A DNA stretch of 64,000 bases from Balanoglossus misakiensis (taxonomy: Eukaryota; Animalia; Hemichordata), in assembly GCA_040954595.2 (NCBI GenBank), contig CM082578.2, positions 8,603,519 to 8,667,518 on the forward strand, written 5' to 3'. The number at the start of each line of letters is the position of its first letter. The first letter of the stretch is position 1. Position numbers and translations under genes: made by a program. Positions 1-11,759 of the stretch are shown piece by piece. The notes beneath the pieces were generated by a model. It was given only the letters and a program-made list of their open reading frames with translations, did not search any database and was not told the DNA's origin.

Positions 1-2484
1 ACCATTAGGCGCTGGCACTTGTCAGACTCAAAAGCAATCTGCATAATTTGAGTCCGTGGTTCCCGTAATTCGTGAAGTCCGACTTCAATTAGGGACAACT
101 CCGGCATTCCAAAGTGGTGCACAAAGTTGTTGCGATTCTGGCAAGAAAACGTTGACAGTTTCTACGTTTTGGTACTTTTGGAAACTACGCGTACATGTGT
201 ATGTGTGTGACACCACAGCTTTTTTAGAAAGTGGCAAAACCAAACAGAAAGTCGGTTGAGTGTTCTGGCCGATTTTACACTTTAAAACAGTGTTCCCAGA
301 CTCGACATAAAGCACAGAACACCCAACCTGCATTTCTGAAGAAATATTAATGTGCACATTATGAAAAATTCAGTTTATGAGTCAATAATTTGAACTTTTT
401 TCAACTTGTACTAGAACATCTTAAAAGTTTGATAACAGATCTGCTTTAAATATTACCAGTAGACAAAACAACTTTGAAACCCAGATAAAGTAGTTTTCAC
501 TGAACAAGAGATATTGGTGGCCAGATGAGAGAATGATTCAAAAATGTGTCGGAGTTTGCCTCCCTTCAAAGAAAACCTGACAAAGCTTTCAAGGTCAGAG
601 TTCACGAAGATTATGTTATCCACTTTACAATTACAAAGAGGCTTAATACAGAAGATTTAGCAATCAGTCATGTATGCACTTCTGGTGAGAAAAAAAAAGT
701 ACGAGTTAATTCACCAATTCGCAATTTCACACCCTGATTTTTTTTTTCTTTCAAAAAGTGGCATATTGTCAAATATCAAACACAAAATCCAACAACAGCA
801 CCGACTAATAATTGAAACCTGTCGTGTGTAGAATACACTTGGTAATGAACTCAATGATATGGAGCACCTGAGTTGAAAAGTTTACAGTTGATTTTTTTTT
901 TTAGTCCTGTGAAAGAAATCCAACATCTGATCTGCACCAGCTATCACACATAAACCACGCTTACAGTGTAAGAAACAAAAAAACTGTGTACAAAATGTCT
1001 ATCAAATTGTGATTTCAAATACTAAATAGAAACTATTTCGTCTAATACTTTCAATATACAATCCTTAAATCTGTATAAAACACTAAAATGATATAACTTA
1101 CTGTAAATTCATGTACCACAATTGCAACAAAATAACCATATCTGATCATTTTTTTAATACTGTTCTAATAAAGCCTAGATATGCAAATCCAAGAAAATGG
1201 AAGGAGAAAACTCGAACGCACGAATGTTTACGCTACTTGGATGGTGTCAAGGAATATGGAGGTCTGTGTCTTCACAGAATGATGTCAAACTATTTCAGAA
1301 GCTTATACTGGATGCAGTTTACTTTCACCGCCATCAAGTGCCATTGTATACACCACAAGGCGACTTAACTTCTGTTTTAATATGACATCACCTCCACACG
1401 TATTCGTACCTCCATCAGAATGAAAACACCTGCCTAGGACCCTATACACACATTAATTATCAACATTTCAGGACACAGGTCTCAATCGCTCCATCTATGT
1501 ATTCTTCTAATTTATGGCCTCATAAACCAACAACAATATTCAAGATAAAATCACCACGACTCCTTCATAAAATATTGCTAGCACACGTTTACACAAAAAT
1601 AAAGAACGGAGGTGAATTTCAAGAAAGCCACGATGTAAACTAGAGACACATCGCCGAAGTAAAAAAAAGAAAAGTGACCGGGATTCTTGAATTCACTTGA
1701 TTACAGGACCAACTGACAAACTGTTCACAAGAGCAGGAAAGATTTACAGTAGTTAGAGGAAAAAGCGGGATTGATTGATAAGAAAGAAGAAGAAGAAAAA
1801 AACCCAGCCGCCTGAAGAATTCACTTGGATGCCTACAGATGACAATGTGAATGCCACCGGGCAAACAGACACACCTTGCGCATGTTCAATTTAATTGACA
1901 GCGGTGTTGTGTGTCAGGCAGCCACAAATTGATGGCTAGACAATGCCAGTTCAGGGCCATTTTCTACGTAAACAGACAGCGGCGGACGACACAGCATCAT
2001 TTATGCATAATAAATACCACGTGGGACAGCCGAGGCACTTCTGTTCTTTGTCACTTCTGACAAGGGTATTTTTTTTAATTATCAACACAAGCAGGAGAAT
2101 GGCTTGTGAAGGAAGGGCTGTAAGACTGACAGATTCAAACGAATTCACGACAAGAATTCGCTGCGTAAAAATAGAGATATTTTTTTTTGTATTCTACAAT
2201 ATGATACGAAATATTCCCCCAAGCGGGTACTAGCTCACTGGAAATTATAGTCTGCTAAAACTGGGAAGAATGTTCTGTATAGAAGATAGTTGAGCCAACC
2301 GCGAGATATAATATTGTCCAGATAGAACACATCAATCAATTTGCTCTTACTAATATTTATCTACTTCCCTATCTCTGTTGCCATGGAACAATTTTTTATT
2401 TGGCTCCAAAAGAGATGAATAAGTAATTTTAAAAAACTCACAGATTCTAGAACAACACACGTCACAGTTTTGTTCAGCCTAATA

Positions 2485-3419
2485 CAGTCAAACCTGTGTA
2501 TAAAGACCGGTCAAGGGACTGGGGCTGAGTGGTCTTTATAGACAGGTGGTCTTTAAAAGGAGGTTTATTAATGTATTCATTTATTCATGATTATTAATTG
2601 GGGCAAGGGTTTGGACTGCACTCATGCGCAGTCCGAACATAACGTCACAGAACAACAACATACGTCATCACAAGACAACAACAAAATGGCTTCCGCAGCA
2701 TGTGCATGCATACAGTGGCAATTTTAATGTTCCGTGATAAAACTTTGAAGCCAACCTTTCAAATTTCAGCTGTTTTTAATGTCTGTCAACTGGTATGAAT
2801 GGGGGTCTCGGCATTGACCGGCACTGTCAAGTGCCGATTCCGTAGACATGTCGCGGCAACGCGATGCGTTCAATCGACGTGCGATGCGTTCTATCGACGT
2901 ACGTACGTGGATGTGATTACACCCGTGGATACACAATCAAAGGCAAGCCCGACAATCATGAATGGATCGGCCATGTGTATCATGACTAACTTAGACAATA
3001 GTCGCTCTCTGAAATGAACTCCCGATCTGTTTGTGTGTGTTGATAGCGGGTGTTTATCACCTTCCCACTATGTTCAAGGGGGTATAGCAATTAGCATTGC
3101 TATGCGTTTGTCATCGTTCACACCCCTAATTAACTAACATTGGAATGAACAATAGTTTTAAACAGTCATCACTGAAAAGACCGCCCTTTTATTTTCCGGC
3201 CTAGCTTGATCTTGCGATCGGCCGACAAGCTGTCCAGTGGTCGCAATTCAAAGGTCATGATGTCAAAATTGCATGAAAACTGTGGTCGCTGGTCGCGTTA
3301 GACAGTTGGTCGCTATATACAGTGTCTTTTACATGTAAACTCCGTAGGGACCGTTTGAAGGTGGTCGTTATGGGCGAGTGGTCGTTATGGGCGAGTGGTC
3401 GTTAACACAGGTTTGACTG
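2485..3419. mobile_element. Non-autonomous Tc1/mariner (pogo/Tigger-like) DNA transposon, 935 bp
   Basis: Perfect 15-bp TIR CAGTCAAACCTGTGT / ACACAGGTTTGACTG with TA on both sides (2483-84, 3420-21). Subterminal GTGGTC-containing repeats. No transposase ORF. Confidence 0.88.
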
Positions 3420-6056
3420 TAAATACTTAATACTTGTCAACACATTTTGGTACTTGTACAACTTTTTTTTGTTAATAAAAGAAATATTGGATCTTTTCAA
3501 TTTCTTAAAGTTCATGTACTAAGTTTTGAATCATTCCTCTGAGTTGAAAACAAAAACTCAGTTTTGATCAAAATAGCTATGAAATTTTCCAGCAGTGTCT
3601 TTTTGTCTGGTCTGAATTCATACTGGTTCTCAGTACGTATGAGAAACAGATTTGAAAAGAAAGTATAACATATGTAGTTGTGATTGACAAACCGGTGTGA
3701 GTTTCAAAATCCTGCAATAGAAGACAGTGAGACTATGAAATCCACAAAAAACACATACTGCACACTATCCCATCTCTACAAAGGCGCAGTACTGTATTTG
3801 CAAGCATCGAGTGAAAATATTAATTGCACTTGACATTTCAAACCCCCCTAAGATCCTAATGGTATTGCCTATCTGACCATAGAATGCTATGGGAATACAG
3901 AGTATAATGCCTTTATTTCAGGGGTAGTTCAGAGAGATTTCAGCTAAAAACCCTGCCTACTACCATATATGTACGTGAAAATCTAGTAAAATCTCCCCCA
4001 TTATTTAAGATAAGAAGTAATTATCAAAACACTTAACGTCAGTTATCTGCTTCAGGAAATTATTTCTTGTCCTGATCAGGTCGTTACGACAGAACAAACA
4101 CAGAGAGCTTACAAAGGGAGTACATTTGCAACAATAAAACTGCAAAAACCTAACATTTGGGTGCTGTAACTTTGAACTTGGACGATGAAATGATACTACA
4201 ACAAATCCATTTTTCTCAGTGACACTCAGAAATCCCAAATAATGACTGGACCATTTCCCATCAACACCCTGTATTATCTAATGTAAAGAATATACTTTCT
4301 CGCAAGCTGCTGAGATTAATACTGGGTACTTTTATATGAAGACTTTTCAGAGAATGTGATTGGCTCAGGTATTGATAGAGTAGTCGTATATGCATTTAGC
4401 TGTGAAACTGTCATTTTTGCATTTTTTTTATGCCAAGGCTTGGTCTCATTGTGATAATTCGCCTTGTTCAAAAATAAATATTCGGTGGGGAAAGCAGAAA
4501 TAGGTGGTTACATCCTCACTGATCAAAACATGAACGGTGTAATTTTATTTGCCGAAAATCGGGGATTACTGACAACTAAAAATCTCATCCGTTGAAAGGT
4601 TGAATTTAATCTTCCTTCAACCCTTCTGTTGACTTCAAACAAACTCAACAAAATATCTACAATCTGAAACACATCTTGGCAGTTTTTAATGAAACGAGGG
4701 TGGGAAATAATTGCTCAATGGGAAAACTTTCCATAAAGTTTCATTTTCTTATCAATGCAAATGAGCCTATTCTCAGATAAAATAACAGTCTCACATAGAG
4801 AGGACAAAATCTAGTAAACTAAAGCCAGTTCTGAAACGCACGACCTATTTGGTGACGTAGCGTGATATTTTTTTTTTTAAAGTGCCAGTATGATATTACA
4901 TTTTTATTTTTTATAAAAAAAAGAGTGATTTAGTAACAAGGCTGATGTGCAGCAAATAGAATGATACTGTCACAAAAATGGCTGAAACATGCAGAACTAA
5001 GACAGGTAGAGTTGATTCTGACATGCTGTGAGTGGGCACTTGTCGCTATGCCGGGAGGGCATATTATATTTTATTGCTTATCACCCAAGCATTGATCATA
5101 CGGACGTACATGTAAGAAGCCGGCGATGACAAACACAACAACAGAGGAGACAACAGCCAAACTGCAACTCTGATATTCAGTCCTACATTTCAACACATAC
5201 GGAAAAAAACTGCATCTACAACAAGCTATTGCCATCTCACACAAAATGATATGTTAATTCTCCTCTTCCTATTAAGGTTAAAAATGTCATAAAAATAACT
5301 GAAGTATGTAATTCTTACGTTTGACTCTCAGGGTGGATAACACCGAGATTGTACACAATCTCCCATCATGCCATAGGAAAGCAAAAAACCAAACACCCCC
5401 ACGACAATTAAAGTTTCGATAACATTTGAAAGTTTCTGCAAATGTTGAAAAAATTTCAAAGCTCAACAATTCAACTTTAAATCTATATAGCACATTAGGG
5501 AGAGCAACTTCTGATAGTCAAAGTGCATGCACCACGACTTGTTTTGGTACAGACATTATGTACATCCCACCACTAGTATAAGAGGCGTATCCTCACAAGC
5601 TAACTGTGCTTTTGTGAAAGCTACTGGTGGCAGGGCAACCTGTTGATGAAACACTCAATTTTATTTTCCGTATTTCCATGCCATAAAGCTGACCCATATT
5701 TGGGTTTGATTGAAATAAGATAGACTTCATACCTGCAGCCTTGTATAAACAGACCATATGTTTTTGAAATCGGTCTTATATGACGGACAGAAAATATTCT
5801 AAAAGTTTAGAGTGTAGCTAGCATAATGCAGTAGTGAAATTTTTTTTTGTTTAAAAAAAAATCTGGAAAAAATTTATGTCTAATGTAAAAGTGTACAAAG
5901 GTGACTGTCAAAAAGGAGAATAAATTGAGGTTATTGTTGTTGATATATTTCTTGTTTATGTTCTGACAACTCCATCCTCATGGTTGTATGTTTAATCTGA
6001 CCACAAACCAAAGCAACATTGTAGTTTGTGGTGAAGAATATTAGCGATGGTGTTGA

Positions 6057-6121
6057 GTGTGGCTACCTGTGTGTGTGCACATGTGTATATGTATGTGTGG
6101 GTGTGTGTGCGTGCATGTGTG
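6057..6121. repeat. Imperfect (TG)n microsatellite in the putative 3' UTR
   Basis: Interrupted gtgtgt tract. Confidence 0.8.
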
Positions 6122-6368
6122 CCCCTCTATAGTTGTCCTAGTGACATCCATATACTCGCAGTGCCCACATAGGGTCTATGGATTTCAACACATCAGATTA
6201 ATTAAAGCCATGCTAGTGTACCAGAGAACGGTAAAACACAAGCTATAAAGCAGTGCGTGCAGCATTTGAGGAGGGGGAGGGACCTGACATGAAAAGAGGG
6301 GTGCATCGATAACTGATTCACCCATATAGGCAGACGTATTTTTTAACAATCCACGAATCTAAGGATGG

Positions 6369-6718
6369 ATTGGTGCTTCTGAATGACTTTCCACCATCTG
6401 CCTGGGCATCCCCAGTGAGATCTGGGTTGCTGCTCTTGGACGAGTGCCACTACATTGTATTTATCAATGGGTATGTCCGGGGAGGAGATCTGGGTTGAAT
6501 CATACTACTGTCTATGGTTGAACTAGTGCTTTTGGACGAGTGCAGCCGCTATAATCTATTCAGGCGTGCCCCAGCGAGCTAGATCGGGGACAGTTGAATC
6601 GGTGCTTCTGAAGTTCAATCATTCTGGTATATACCCCAAAGCCACATCAGGGTTGAATTCAGTGCTTCTGGATGCGTTCCACCAGCTGTCGGGGTATGCC
6701 CAGTGAGACCAGGGTGGA
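6369..6718 (-). repeat. Degenerate tandem array (~5 units, ~60-90 nt) derived from the last ~20 codons and stop region of KLHDC10
   Basis: Recurring plus-strand anchors gttgaa..gtgcttctg at ~6652, 6593, 6517, 6426 and 6364. cccagtgaga is shared by the units at ~6699 and ~6411; ttggacgagtgc by those at ~6436 and ~6532. Confidence 0.8.
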
Positions 6719-6874
6719 GTGGGGCAGTTTATCGAGTCTGGGAATGAGCGAGCACACTTTGAACCAGCACAGTTCCAGCAGCGTGGGCACGTAGAGCCAA
6801 ATTCTGTAAAGTTCGGCTGTCCTCTCATCGCCGTATATGGATGTCACGCCGCCGTGGATGTACATGCAGCCTGC
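6659..6874 (-). CDS. KLHDC10: KLHDC10 last coding exon (AGCMYIHGG...VPTLLELCWFKV...LGIPRQLVERIQKH*), last kelch strands plus BC box/Cul2 box
   Basis: Lies within ORF 6659..6904. Acceptor ttttttctctctcacttgtattacAG, TGA stop at 6661-6659. VPTLLELC is BC-box-like and LGIPxxL is cullin-box-like. Confidence 0.95.
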   Translation of the reverse strand, partial: AGCMYIHGGVTSIYGDERTAELYRIWLYVPTLLELCWFKVCSLIPRLDKLPHSTLVSLGIPRQLVERIQKH

Positions 6875-9800
6875 CTGTAATACAAGTGAGAGAGAAAAAA
6901 ACACACATCAGAGTGGCATGGCTAATATCAAAGATACAAAGAAGCAATTTTGTTAAAAAAATCAAGGCTTAGAAATAAATATACCAATACAATTTTCTGA
7001 GTCTATATAAAAAAACAAGTACCCGGTAACTGGTACCCTTTATACAAGTTTGTCTTGAAAATATATTGGCACTCACAAAAACCTGATGTTTTTTTACCTT
7101 TTTACAGACTTTCATATCGTGTTTATTTCATTTTCACAGATCAGGTATACGTGTAAACTGGCTAGCTCTCTCGTGTCAGTACCTCGATTGTCTGGCTATT
7201 TCTGCCCCTTTTTTCATTGCTTGACCTCTGCCCAACGCGATCACTGATTTACAAGACTTAGTTAGAGTCTTTTCATGAAAATAATTCACTTACAGCTATA
7301 CAGCTGAACATATAATATACTAATGCCAAAGTGTGTATACATTCAATAGCAATCCTTCACCCATGGGGTATAATCCAATCATCTCTAAAAAAAATCACAT
7401 TCCCCCCTTTTTTTGCGAGTGAAGATTTCAAGTAAACACTGTAAATATTATGTTAATCCAACGTAACGTAAAATGATTACAATTTAGAAAAGATGAAGGA
7501 TTAGAAAAAAAAACTGTGTCGTTTTCAATATGGTTTGAATCAGGATGCAAAGAAGCTGTATACTGGCTGGGTCATCACCGACTGAAGACAAAGCTTGCAA
7601 CAGAATTGCAAGTAGTCGAGTTAACAAAAACTGCTATCATTGGAAGAAAGAATCAGAGGCAGCTATTTGCATTGGGGAAATGGACCTTTCCAGAAAATGA
7701 TTTTAGATTTAGTTGAATTAAAGACAACAAAAAGTCCAATTCTGTAGCTGGTTGGTTTCTTAAAGAAGGGTGAGTTGGTGGGTGGGTGGGTGGTTGAATG
7801 ATGAGTTTGAATTACAGACTGAGTATAAAAAAGGCTGGTTGGGATCATTTTAACAGGTTTTTACGGCAAGCGAAGAAAAAAATCATAGTGACTTAAGCAC
7901 CACATCAAGGTCAAAGCCAGGGGAAATCCATTCATGAAATGATAACATGTTGGACCCAATGACATTTGCAATTAAAGGAGAAGATTTGATCACTCTGGTT
8001 GCGGGCACACAACAACTTGAATAAGTCCACTCATACATTTTTCATATCCGATCCCCTTGACTCAGGCACATCCCTGTGTATAGCCTTGTTCAATTATCTA
8101 ATTAAATGAGAAACACACTCTCTTGATTTCATTTTCACAGATCAGGTTTAAGTGTAATCTGGCATTCTGGAGCCGACATCCCGATTCTCTGCTAATTTCC
8201 TTTCTTAGTACTTGGGATTTACAAATGACGGGCGGCGTCCCTTGATGGTGCACCTTGACTGCATCCAAATGCCCGCTGTCTGCAGCTAGCCCTGGCACGT
8301 CGCAGACTGAAGTGAGAGAGAGAAAAACCCCGGTCGGCTGATTGACCACTGATTGACCACTCGGCCTAGAATCGCAGAATGCGGATGGAATAACTACGGC
8401 GCAGACCGCTCAGTCGGCATAGATTCACCAGATGTGGACTGAATTAACTTCAATCGCAACAGCTCGCTCACAGACAACCAAGTATGTGTATAATAATCCT
8501 GCAAATTCTATGATGTGAATTTTACTTTATTTCTGTTGCAGACAAAAAAAAAAGATGATGTTTCAAGATTGGGCATCTCCTTGTAATTATTGGCCCTTTC
8601 TTGGAAACAGAAAAGCAGCACAATTTGTTTGTCTCTCAAACTTTTTGTTCACATCCAGGATAAGGATGATCCTATAAACTTGGTGGTTTATTTATTAAAC
8701 TCATTTGGTAGGAGAATAATCACCAGTTGTCTGAAGAACTCACTACAGATTTGAAAATTCACAGAAAGGCCCAAAATGACAGTTTAACCAATTGAACTGC
8801 AGTCTCTCATCTCTGTTGCCACCTAGCACTGTTCAGAGCGTGCATGGCAGACAGACCATATGCCACACCTCTTGAACTTTGCTGACCAAACCGGAATAAA
8901 GAAATCATTAAAATCAATTGCCATGCATTGACTTTGCCCTTGACTTAGCTCATTCCACTCTCGCACTTGACTGCAAACTCTCCCCCCGACGCGACATGAA
9001 TAAGTAATGTAGAGTTACCAGAGTATAAACAATAGTCTTGAATGCTAACGAAGGGTCTAAATGAGAACGATCAAATCAACACTGAACCTGTTTGGCCAGA
9101 AGTGCCAGGCAGTCACTTGCAGTCCTCTGGAAATGTTTAAACTTTCAGTAAACAATTTCATCTATTTTGATTACGGGTTAATTTTCCCGCCCAAAAGATT
9201 AATTGTTATCCTGGCAACACCTTGGGCTGTAATTTGCATATATATTTGCTCTGGAAGCAATATTTATTGATATTATACATGTACTTCAGAAATGCTACAG
9301 GCGCTTTAATACCTCATTCAGTTCAAAAATCCTGACAACTTCTAAAAGTGATGGCGTTTTCATCAGCGGTTAATCAGAGCCATCAGGTACATACATAGTA
9401 CAGATACTTCTACCATATACTGGGTATACCTTCCAACTTTTGCTAGGCTAATTCAAATTGAGTCATATTTTTATGAATGCTTGCAGGAAAATGAATTTGA
9501 AATGAATTGATAAATATTCTTGCAGGGAGAATGTGTCCCGCCGGTCATGTTCGACGGTTTAGACGCGACACCTCTTACAGTGCCCGTAATGATGAGATAC
9601 TTGATGAATTTTTCCCTCCATATTCTGGATATCTTCCATTATTTTGGATGCCGGCGGCGACTACCTGCAAAGACCCAGTTTTGAAGGCTGCTTGTTACCA
9701 TAGGATGGAAATGCGATGCCTTCACACGCACCGTTGCATGGCTGTAGGCATATGCGATAAGCTATGCACTGCAGACAGTGCATGGCTGTGGAGTGCCTTC

Positions 9801-11733
9801 ATCTTGTCTCGCTTGCCTTGATCATGCCCTCTTGAGTTCTACATGAAATTTTGATTTCATCTGGGAGCTCCATACGAAGTTGACACATTTCGAAAGACAC
9901 ATTTCTGATGTGGAGCAGGTTGTATGTTCCCAAAGTACACAACTGAGACAGACATGTTTGAAACTTGATGTGTGACAGTTAAAACATGACCAATACACTG
10001 TACAATTAGTATATCCAAAATACATGTATCATACATATATATTCATATTATGTATATATGCATTACATCCTACAAATATGAATACTCGTGCAAATATTTG
10101 CCGGCATTCTGCTGCTCATGAATATTCATAGCAGCTGGATGAGAGTGAAACAAGCTGGTCATTTCATCTTGCGCTGGTGGGGTCTGCATAGAACAGTCAC
10201 AACTACAGCATTCAACATGGTAAACTCCTCCTGCTTGTCATAGCCAAACCCTTTCATAACGAAGACACAGTGACTGTCAATCCAGACATTTTCTTGCACT
10301 GAGACTAAGAAGCACCAGAAATTATCTTCACAGAAATTGCAGATTTTGTAGCCATATTTGCAAAATTTTACAACAAAACTGGGTCATAGTACTCGTGCCA
10401 AAATCGCAAAACACATGACAAATTGGTATGACAGACGATCACTTTGACATTAAGCTGCTTGCTATCGTGTCCTAATTTCATCCGACCCATCTGATGAGTT
10501 TTTTTATTTCATTCAGATGACAGCTGGTATGTTCTTTTAATAGACGCGGGACATGTACACGTAAAGTTGCCCATGCAACTGTCACCACACTGACCTTCAA
10601 CACAACAAACTGCATCATTCACGTCCTCCTTTCAAAAGTTGACAGAATGCCAGTAAATACACGCAAGGACAGATGCATAGTTGCGAAAAAACAGAAGCCA
10701 AACACTCACTCTACGGAGACTGGCATTATTACGTCAGACGGATCCTAAAATACCAAAGACAGACCTTCAGTCCTTCACTGTATCCTGTTTACTTAAAATC
10801 ACTTTTCTGCTATTAAAACTCATAGCAACAATGACAATTAAAAGGTTTCAAATCCAAAGACCTCCCCAGGTAGAACAGAACTGTAATTGCAAGTGATGCC
10901 CTATAATCCCATTAATTATCCCTGTTTGTTTTTTCAACAGAAATTGTAGCTTAACTAGCCTCTCCGGAAAATTAGCTTTGTTATTCCAAAATCATTACAA
11001 CCAATTGAGTTTTAGGTTATGCACTTTTGCACATGACTATTAGATATAAATAGGCACATTTGTTTACTCAACAAAGTCAACATGAAGAAGAAGATCGAGA
11101 CAACTACATACAAGCTTGATCCCAGGGATTAAACTTATTTTACTTTTCGAGAAATCTATCAACACAGACTTACAATAATTATATAATTATAGATCAGTGC
11201 TTTTTGATTGGGCACAAGGTTATGGATCCCTGTAATTTTTCTTGATTTACAGAGGCCTTTAACCAAATAACTTTCAACAAAGTCACACAAATGTTTTCAA
11301 ACTTTAATCTGGAATTCGCCCAATGGGCATTACACATCCTTTGAAAGAGCAATATGGCACCATGCTGTATTGTATTATACTTTTTCAAGACATTGACACA
11401 TATCCGCTTGTCTTGGGGGATAGAGGTTCTCCGTTTACCCAAACTTCCTCTGCTTATACCCAGGAAAGAGTTATTCAAAAACATCTGTCAAACGAGAACC
11501 ATTAATTCACCTTTCAATAGGCCATATGCCGTCAGCTGAAGAATCAAAACATAACCAGAGGAATCAGATGTTTGGGGGAAAACTCACATTTACTGCGTAA
11601 CAACCCTACTTTCCCATTCACATATGTTTCTCACCATCGCCATCCAGTTGCATTAATATGCACAATCGTCTTTTCAATTTCAAACTCCGACCCACCCCAT
11701 GATTGACATCAGATTATCACAATTAACCGGCTG

Positions 11734-11759
11734 CACACACACACACACACGCACACACA
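11734..11759. repeat. (CA)n microsatellite
   Basis: About 13 CA units with one interruption. Confidence 0.85.

Noticed and set aside
6360-6661. Stop-codon readthrough or selenocysteine extension of KLHDC10 (TGA followed by another TGA four codons later)
   Set aside because: The downstream frame has further TGA, TAG and TGA-TAA stops before the distal repeat copy, and no SECIS was recognised.
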